In this document: in pieces, positions 54,941-64,000 of the stretch
How the letters are laid out: each line of letters begins with the position of its first letter
Numbering within the stretch: the stretch's first letter is position 1
NCBI GenBank assembly: GCA_002269645.1
Contig: NIVC01001711.1
Span: 148,028-212,027 of the forward strand
DNA from: Macrostomum lignano
Taxonomy: Eukaryota
DNA: 64,000 nt
Direction of reading: 5' to 3'
Program-made: the position numbers and the translations under genes
The notes under the pieces: model-generated
Told to the model about the DNA's origin: nothing
The model's database searches: none
The model's input: only the letters and a program-made list of their open reading frames with translations

Positions 54941-57900
54941 TAGATTAAGGTTGGTCGAGGTGGCATCAAAGCGTCGGCCTATTTGTCGACACGCTGAAAG
55001 ACCGAGGCGCTGGCATGACCATCTCAGCGAGCCGATATCCCAGCGGAGCTGACATATCACCATACAGCGATATGATGGCGTCAACTAGCTGCTGGGGACT
55101 CGACAGGTTTGTAGGACAAAAGGAAGTGTTACTCTAAGCACTGAATCAAATGCCATAATAATTAAAACCCCTAAAAAATGCTGAGTAAAGGCCGAGACCT
55201 TTCACAGAGTTGTAACTCCTTTAATTTCCTATTTTTCCGAGGTTCATTCTGGCGCGTACAGACTCAATTCATATGCAATTATTTCCAGCTTGTACATTGT
55301 TTCATTTTACGAAATTGTACCTTTAAATGCATAATCACATGCAAGGGCCCGCGTCACCATGCGGGACAGGGGCTGACATCGGGACAACTGTGCATACGTC
55401 CCCCCTGGCCTGAGTGAAAGCTATGAAAAAGCGAACAAAATGAGTGTCTGTGTGGCAATAAAATTGAGTGTTAAAAACACCGATACAAAAAATAATGTAG
55501 GAATTTCGTCACTAAGAATTCTTGACTTTGTCCCCCGCCATAAAATCCATAGCGACACGCTCACGCCCCTGATCACATGCATGTTAAGAATTACATCTAA
55601 TTGTGCAACATATTTACATGTTTAATATTTGATCAATTAGATTTGTAACGTCTGTAGAGAAATTACAATTAATCAATTCAAGGTGCACTATTGGATTAAT
55701 TTACATATTGACTGTATTGAGTTATTGATAAAATTTTTACGACAATTACATGTATTATTCTGGAGAAGTAACATCATAATCTTATAAATTACATGTATCC
55801 TTTCTTTTATTTTTATCTCAATATTTTTATTTCACATGTAATACTCAAAACCCATGTTTTATAAGGACCTTTAACTTTTAAGAATTTTTTGGCGTCAATT
55901 GAAACCATTATTTGAATTGCTATTAGTTAATTTATATTAATTTACCACAATATTTTTGAGTTCAAAGTAATTGTAGTTAACTTAATTGTAGTTAACTACT
56001 GTCTTTATCAAGTGTAAAAAGAACGGAATTTTTTTATAAATGTCTACTAGTTTCTTTGTTTATTCATTCTACATATTAGTTTTTATCATATTACGAAGAG
56101 CTCTTACTTCATATTGTTATCGTCACATTATCACATACAACGATAATGATAGATCGAGCTGCTCCTAGATCGAACCGTGGTTTTTTGAATATTCGCCTCT
56201 AAAATATTACTTATTTCTACCAAAAAATTTAAATAAAATGAGAAAACGTTTAAATAACATTGTATTTTATTATTTTTTGAAACATTATTGTCAACTTTAT
56301 TCTTAAAGCAGTAAACATTTGTTTTAATATGCGTTGTAACATATTCCGTTACGGCGGGATTTTAAAGTACGATTTGGGAACTGGAACTGAAAAACCGGTC
56401 ATCCGTGTTACAACGATAAAGCGGTAAACTACGTGCGCATCGTGGCTTACAAAGCTACAGCCTACGCGTATAGTCGTAGCTTTACGGGTAGTTTGCCGCT
56501 TTCAATGCGGAACATATACCTTTACTTTGTACTTTTACATAGGACGGGGAATAAGCGCTAATTTAAATGCGCATGATGACCCAGGATGGTAGTCAGCAGC
56601 GGTGCTGCGCTCAGGGTGCAATCATCTGATATACTAGGCCAGCAATTGTTGCCTTAGAGTTATAGTAGAAAGAAAGCCTTTTATCTGACCTTCATAGGTA
56701 ATATTGTACTGTAGTATTGATCGTCCTTTTTAGATTGTTGAATATTAATTGATTTAACAAGCATTGGTTATAGTTATAGCATTGCTCAATAAAATGTAAA
56801 TCTACTACAGCTACTTTCTAGGTCAATTAATTGGCTGGCTGACTAAGGATTCAAGAAGATTTTGCCTTTGGATTGTTGAGCATTATATATATAGGCCTAG
56901 ACACCTAGTTAATCTTTTGCAGTCAATTTGCTTAATAGAAGAGAAACCTTTATTTCTATAAGGGAGGGAATAATATGTGGCTCTAATTAAGATATAATTT
57001 ATTAATGAATTAGATATGGACAATGTCATAATTGCATATAGACCTAACATAGGCCTAGCACCTAGGCTATTGCTATTCTATATTGTCATCATAATGAATA
57101 TAGTAGGCCTAGGCCTAACACTAGGCATAGCAATTAATTTAGAAAAAATATTTTTGCTAGGCCTATATCAATATTCAGGCCTAATTGTAGTGCTTTCTAA
57201 TATTAATTATTTTTACAAATAAACAATATACCATTTTTATTTACCACTTATAAATAAAGAATTAGAATAGATAAGCCATCTAGGAGTAGCATGGGAGAGT
57301 AGGGCCTAGTCATTTTAGGCCCTAAACTTCATTTTGCTTATATTAGATCTATATATAATTAATAAAGCTTTGAATATAAACCATTTTCTTTTTATATCCT
57401 CATTCTTTTCTATTATTATTAGCATTTTTTATCCTAGCTTCCTTTCCTTTTTTTTCCTTTTATGCTATTCTAATAATATTCTTTTCCTTTATTCCTTTTT
57501 GTTATCCCTTCTCCCACCTTATTTATCATATGAATCCTTTTTCTATCCCTTTTGCCATGCTTCCCCTTATCTTCTATATCATCCCCTTTTTCCTATTCTA
57601 CCTAACTATTACCTATAATAACTTTTTATGATGTATACTATTCATTCCTTTTTATTCTTTTTCTTTGCCATATTGCCCTTTTTTATTATCATTTTTCTCT
57701 CTTACCTCTTTAACATTTTTACTTACCCCTAGACCTTGCCATTCCATTCTCCCATTCTTTTTGCTTACCCCCTACCCTTGACATTCTTCTCCTTGCCTAT
57801 GTTTGTTATTCTTCTACTTTCTTTTCATTCTTATATTTTTTCTTCTATATTCCTTGCTAAACTTCCCTTCTTCCCCTATCCTTGCCATTCCTGTCTTCTT

Positions 57901-57989
57901 TGCCATTCCTTTCCTCTTCTATCCTTGCTGCAATTCCCCTCCTCCCCCATCCTCTTTGCCATTCCTCTTTGCTTTGCTCTTTTTTCTCC

Positions 57990-58590
57990 CCTTTAAACCC
58001 CACCTTCTCCTCCCTTTCAGACCCCACCCTCTCCTTCCCTTTAGATCCAACTCTCTCTTCCCCTTCAGACCCCACCCTCTCCTCCCCTTCAAATTCCACC
58101 CTCTTGTCCCCTTCAGACCCAACTCTCTTCCCCTTCAGACCCCACCCTCTCCTCCTCTTCAGATTCCACCCTCTCCTCCCCTTCAGACCCAACCTTCTCT
58201 TCCCCTTCAGACCCCACCCTCTCCTCCCCTTCAGATCCTACCCTCTCCTCCCCTTCAGACCCCACCCTCTCCTCCCCTTCAGACCCCACCCTCTCCTTCC
58301 CTTCAAACCCTCTCCTCCCCTTCAGATCACACCCTCTCCTCCCCTTCAGACCCCACCCTCTCCTCCCCTTCAGACCCCACCCTCTCCTTCCCTTCAAACC
58401 CTCTTCTCCCCTTCAGATCACACCCTCTCCTCCCCTTCAGACCCCACCCTCTCCTCCCCTTCAGACCCCACCCTCTCCTTCCCTTCAAACCCTCTCCTCC
58501 CCTTCAGACCCCACCCTCTCCTCCCCTTCAGACCCCAGCCTCTTCTCCCCTTCAGACCCTACCCTTTTCTCCTTTCCAGCCTCACCTCGT
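57990..58590. repeat. C-rich minisatellite (~25-bp CTTCAGACCCCACCCTCTCCTCCCC) preceded by pyrimidine-rich low-complexity DNA
   Basis: Tandem copies are directly visible. Confidence 0.9.
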
Positions 58591-58639
58591 AGTTCTGCTA
58601 ATTAAACTTTAACTATACTTTTTAGAAGAAGTGAAGAAG

Positions 58640-59430
58640 AATTTCTCTTCTTCTTCTCTTTAGAATGTCCTCGCACCGGTCTTGTGGTCATTCTACGTGC
58701 CGTAGCGACTGGTCGCAGCAACCATAGCTCTCTACCAGGAGACCCTTGCCGCCGTAGTGGCACCTGACGTACTGTCCGACCTGTTCAACACGACCTCAGG
58801 GTGCTGCAAGGCGAGGCGACACGCGGCCTACCTTTTCGTGTTGGTGCTCGATGGGTGCTACGGAGGGCCCTGCCAACAGATGAGGACAGCTTCCTACTGT
58901 GCCTGCAAACAAACAGCCGCCATCTGGAGAAGCGGCTGTCGCTCCTGGGTTACGCCGACGGCCTGGCGCTGCTTGCCTCTACGGCTGAGGGAGCCCAGCG
59001 TATGCTAGACAGCCTTGTGGCAGCTGCGGCATCGGTCGGGCTAGCGGCGAACATCGAGAAGACGGAGGTGATGACTGTACCTGCTGAGCTGCCTATCAAA
59101 ATCACCTGCTGGGACGCCCGACGATCGTGCAGCGGCTCTACCTCGTTGCACGCGCTTCACGTACCTCGGCAGTCTTGTGCCCAGTGTCCAGGAGGACTTG
59201 GCGCGACGCAGGCCTGGCCTGGGTTGCCTTCCGCTCCATCCGAGTTGTCCTGCAGAACGCCGCGCTGCCAGACTGCTGCGACGACCTAGCGAGACCCTCC
59301 GCAGGCAGACTTCAACTGGCGGACCACACCATCCGGCGGAGGCTTACTGTTCTCAACCAGTGCAGGACGTCCTGCTACTCACGATGCAGGGCCCCTGGTC
59401 CCGAGGCTACGGCCGGGCGAGCCGGTGTCA
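58640..59430 (+). pseudogene. Degenerate non-LTR retrotransposon RT fragment
   Basis: Frameshifted GVLQG..AAYLFVLVLD.VLRRAL, then LLGYADGLALLAST...VGLAANIEKTEVM; appears to be the same family as 53690-54940. Confidence 0.8.
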
Positions 59431-60296
59431 ATGCTATTATTGCGTGTAATATTGTTCGCAAAATATTACGCGGCAGTAGCTAAATATTGGTTGTCAATAT
59501 TTAGCTACTGCCGCTGTTTTGCATTACAGCTATATAGTACTTCCGCATGTACTGACGTAACATTGCGCCAATAATTTTACATTGCGTGGCGCCGAAACCA
59601 ATCTGCTGCTGAATGCTACTAGCGTAATAGCCGTTTGAATCTCTTGAAATACATTGAAATGCCATGCTGTAGTATTGCTTTTGACAATCTAAACGAGACT
59701 AGCCAGACTCCTCACTGATCCATATGCTTCTCAAGCAAGGTATATATGGAAAGCAGATTGAGCAGCAAACTTAGTATTTGATCTTTGGATCACTCATACG
59801 AGCTAGAACCAAGGAATGTAGGTCTAAAATTTCAATAAAAGTTCTTGATATAATGGAATGCAATAAATGCCAACCGGGGTCATTTTTTCAACTTCCACTT
59901 TCCCCGAGTTTGACCACTTTCTCTGCTACAGGCTTAAGCTAAACCAACGCAAAATACTAGCCTGAATAAAAAACAACTCACTTCACAACATTCACCTTAA
60001 TCTTTCTTTCTGCCACTGCTTTTGCAATACTCATAAAAATCCTGTGACTTCGCTTCAGAAACATGCTTGAGAAACATATGGCGTCCCATTTGAATTGGCG
60101 CAAGTCTCTTACATCGTCAAAAGCAATACGTCTGGTGCCAATTATTTGTGCCGATCAAGCTTCCTAGAGAATGCTTTGTTGATAACTGCATGTCCCTGTC
60201 TTGAAGCTTGCACGCTGTGTTTAACCATTATTTTGTCGGTGTACAACGTGCACCCGATCAGACGAATAGGTGGTAAATTCCCTACAATCCTGATAG

Positions 60297-62170
60297 AGGC
60301 GGAGCTGTTGGGGAAAAGGCTGCAAGCAGCGGAACTGTTGGGGGGGAGAGGCGGTAGACAGCGGAGCTGTTGGGGGAGCCGCGGTGGGCAGCGGAGCTGT
60401 TGGGGGAGTGGCGTCATGCAGCGGAGCTGTTGGAGGAGTGGCGTCAAGCAGCGGAGCTGTTGGGGGAGTGGCGTCAAGCATTGGAGCTGTTGGGGGAGTG
60501 GCGTCATGCAGCGGAGCTGTTGGGGGAGTGGCGTCATGCAGCGGAGGTGTTGGGGGAGTGGCGTCAAGCATTGGAGCTGTTGGGGGAGTGGCGTCAAGCA
60601 GCGGAGCTGTTGGGGGAGCCGCGGTGGGCAGCGGAGCTGTTGGGAGAGCCGCGGTGGGCAGCGGAGCTGTTGGGGGAGCCGCGGTGGGCAGCGGAGCTGT
60701 TGGGGGAGTGGCGTCATGCAGCGGAGCTGTTGGGGGAGTGGCGTCAAGCAGCGGAGCTGTTGGGGGAGTGGCGTCAAGCAGCGGAACTGTTGGGGGAGCT
60801 GCGGTGGGCAGCGGAGCTGTTGGAGGAGTGGCGTCAAGCAGCGGAGCTGTTGGGGGAGTGGCGTCATGCAGCGGAACTGTTGGGGGAGTGGCGTCAAGCA
60901 GCGGAGCTGTTGGGGGAGTGGCGTCAAGCAGCGGAACTGTTGGGGGAGTGGCGTCAAGCAGCGGAGCTGTTGGGGGAGCCGCGGTGGGCAGCGGAGCTGT
61001 TGGGGGAGTGGCGTCATGCAGCGGAGCTGTTGGGGGAGTGGCGTCAAGCAGCGGAGCTGTTGGGGGAGCCGCGGTGGGCAGCGGAGCTGTTGGGGGAGTG
61101 GCGTCTTGCAGCGGAGCTGTTGGGGGAGTGGCGTCAAGCAGCGGAACTGTTGGGGGAGCCGCGGTGGGCAGCGGAGCTGTTGGGGGAGCCGCGGTGGGCA
61201 GCGGAGCTGTTTGGGGGAGCCGCGGTGGGCAGCGGAGCTGTTGGGGAGCCGCGGTGGGCAGCGGAGCTGTTGGGGGAGCCGCGGTGGGCAGCGGAGCTGT
61301 TGGGGAAGAGGCTGCAAGCAGCGGAACTGTTGGGGGGGGAGTGGCGTCATGCAGCGGAGCTGTTGGGGGAGTGGCGTCAAGCAGCGGAGCTGTTGGGGGA
61401 GTGGCGTCATGCAGCGGAACTGTTGGGGGAGTGGCGTCATGCAGCGGAACTGTTGGGGGAGCCGCGGTGGGCAGCGGAGCTGTTGGGGGAGCCGCGGTGG
61501 GCAGCGGAGCTGTTTGGGGGAGCCGCGGTGGGCAGCGGAGCTGTGGGGGGAGCCGCGGTGGGCAGCGGAGCTGTTGGGGGAGTGGCGTCATGCAGCGGTG
61601 TTGGGGGAGTGGCGTCATGCAGCGGTGTTGGGGGAGTGGCGTCATGCAGCGGAGCTTTTGGGGGAGTGGCGTCAAGCAGCGGAGCTGTTGGGGGAGCCGC
61701 GGTGGGCAGCGGAGCTGTTGGGGGAGCCGCGGTGGGCAGCGGAGCTGTTTGGGGGAGCCGCGGTGGGCAGCGGAGCTGTTGGGGGAGCCGCGGTGGGCAG
61801 CGGAGCTGTTGGGGGAGTGGCGTCAAGCAGCGGAACTGTTGGGGGAGCCGCGGTGGGCAGCGGAGCTGTTGGGGGAGTGGCGTCAAGCAGCGGAGCTGTT
61901 GGGGGAGTGGCGTCAAGCAGCGGAACTGTTGGGGGAGCCGCGGTGGGCAGCGGAGCTGTTGGGGGAGTGGCGTCATGCAGCGGAGCTGTTGGGGGAGTGG
62001 CGTCATGCAGCGGAGCTGTTGGGGGAGCCGCGGTGGGCAGCGGAGCTGTTGGGGGGAGTGATGTCAAGCAGCGGAACTGTTGGGGGAGCCGCGGTGGGCA
62101 GCGGAGCTGTTGGGGGAGCCGCGGAGGGCAGCGGAGCTGTTGGGGGAGCCGCGGTGGGCAGCGGAGCTGT
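60297..62170. repeat. 30-bp G-rich minisatellite with two interspersed variants (GCGGAGCTGTTGGGGGAG-TGGCGTCAAGCA / -CCGCGGTGGGCA)
   Basis: About 60 tandem units. Confidence 0.97.
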
Positions 62171-63074
62171 AATATCTGGGTTTAAGTATGTTATTCTAAT
62201 GTACCTGGTAATTCGCTGCCTGTCAGCCGCGATGGATCTACAGGGAGCGGAGATTATTTATCCACCGGAGATAAACTCGCGCTAAATACGAGTATATACT
62301 CGTATATTGCATTGCACTGATACCAAATAAAGGAGGCTGTTGTCTATGGTAGCGGATCGGAGATAAGCTACTGATAACCGCCGCAGGACATCTATAATTA
62401 GCCATTGCAATTATTATTTCTGCCGCCAGTATTATATTACACACTCAACAACATGTTAAAGTTTCCACCCTGAAACCACTGGTCAACAAATTGCAGCTTT
62501 AGTCCAACTCCTAGGCCATAAATCTCCACTCCCTCCTCACCAGCCTAAGCTGGGGCCTTTGTGACGCAAATTGCATCATCCACTGTTAAGAAGAGAACCG
62601 CGGGCGTGGTGTGAGTTGCGTCACCTTGAGCGAGATCTGAGAACAGTTGACCACTGGCTTCGGGGTGGAAACTTTAACATGTTGCTGAGTGTAGCTATTG
62701 CTAGTTATATACGAGTAGAACTCCTTGGTATAGACAGGCGAATAGGCAGAATGAATGAATGAATTTAACGATTCATGCCTTACTTCCTTGGCTATTTCTT
62801 TAACAGTGGAATGGCCAAAACTCACTAAAATGAGGCCTGATAATTCAAAACGAGACCTGGGGACCAGAGTAGAGCCACTCGTCAATTTTTTACTTGAAGC
62901 TGAAAATGAAAGACATCGCCCTTGGGCAGTCCAGCCCTTCAGATTTTTCAGATTTCCATCTGATTTTCAGATTTTCCAGCAGTCAAAGGTTGAAATTCAT
63001 GTCAAGGTTTTGATATCCACTTCTTCCATGTTGAAAATTGAATACTGAAGCACTCGACTCGCTCAGCAAATTCG

Positions 63075-64000
63075 GACGCCACTCGCCCAACAGCTCCGCT
63101 GCCCTCCGCGGCTCCCCCAACAGCTCCGCTGCTTGACGCCACTCGCCCAACAGCTCCGCTGCCCACCGCGGCTCCCCCAACAGTTCCGCTGCTTGACGCC
63201 ACTCCCCCAACAGCTCCGCTGCATGACGCAACTCCCCCAACAGCTCCGCTGCATGACACCACTTCCCCAACAGCTCCGCTGCTTGACGCCACTCCCCCAA
63301 CACCTCCGCTGCCCACCGCGGCTCCCCCAACAGCTCCGCTGCCCACCGCGGCTCCCCAACAGTTCCGCTGCGTGACGCCACTCCCCAACAGCTCCGATGC
63401 TTGACGCCACTCCCCAAACAGCTCCGCTGCCCACCGCGGTTTCCCCAACAGCTCCGCTGCCCACCGCGGCTCCCCCAACAGTTCCGCTGCTTGACGCCAC
63501 TCCCCAACAGCTCCGCTGCTTGACGCCACTCCCCTAACAGCTCCGCTGCCTACCGCGGCGCCCCCAACAGCTCCGCTGCTTGACGCCACTCCCCAACAGC
63601 TCCGCTGCACAGCTCCGCTGCATGACGCCACTCCCCCAACAGCTCCGCTGCATGACACCACTCCCCCAACAGCTCCGCTGCTTGACGCCACTCCCCCAAC
63701 AGCTCCGCTGCCCACCGCGGCTCCCCCAACAGCTCCGCTGCCCACCGCGGCTCCCCCAACAGTTCCGCTGCGTGACGCCACTCCCCAACCTCCGATGCTT
63801 GACGCCACTCCCCCAAACAGCTCCGCTGCCCACCGCGGTTTCCCCAACAGCTCCGCTGCCCACCGCGGCTCCCCAACAGTTCCGCTGCTTGACGCCACTC
63901 CCCAACAGCTCCGCTGCTTGACGCCACTCCCCTAACAGCTCCGCTGCCCACCGCGGCTCCCCCAACAGTTCGCTGCTTGACGCCACTCCCCCAACAGCTC
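63075..64000. repeat. Same 30-bp minisatellite in inverted orientation (runs off the window end)
   Basis: CCACTCCCCCAACAGCTCCGCTGC units are the reverse complement of 60297-62170. Confidence 0.97.

Noticed and set aside
57334-58612. Pro/Ser/Leu/Phe-rich ORFs
   Set aside because: Artefacts of pyrimidine-rich low-complexity DNA and a minisatellite.
60095-63986. Long ORFs (up to 696 aa) in all frames
   Set aside because: They are translations of a 30-bp minisatellite that lacks stops; open on both strands with no non-repetitive domain.
1-64000. Assignment of host species
   Set aside because: Spliceosomal introns, TTAGGG repeats and the transposon types point to an animal, but nothing here fixes the taxon without a database search.

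Overview
Eukaryotic (animal-like, repeat-rich) genomic window built from nested mobile DNA; the species cannot be determined from the sequence alone. (1) 13874-24177 is a complete 10.3-kb Maverick/Polinton-like (polintovirus) element with ~350-390-bp terminal inverted repeats and a target duplication. It encodes an rve integrase with chromodomain, major and minor capsid proteins, an adenain-like protease, an A32/FtsK packaging ATPase and two core-like proteins. It has NO protein-primed DNA polymerase. Instead its left arm carries a Fic (AMPylase-motif) gene, two orphans, a possible SSB and a divergent TATA-binding-protein (TBP)-like ORF, and a TATAAATA box recurs in front of many of its genes. 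(2) This element sits inside a ~28-kb head-to-tail array of non-autonomous Helitron-like units (6663-34917, minus strand) filled with minisatellites. (3) That array lies between two divergent gene blocks (3134-6632 minus; 34950-37426 mostly plus) of what may be a second, older, unrelated double-jelly-roll virus. (4) 38868-51515 is a spliced host gene on the minus strand (ERICH6/FAM194-like) whose introns hold a Penelope GIY-YIG fragment with a putative hammerhead ribozyme and an intact mariner transposon. (5) The rest is LINE fragments, MITEs and minisatellites. All protein identifications are by-eye motif recognition; no database search was run.
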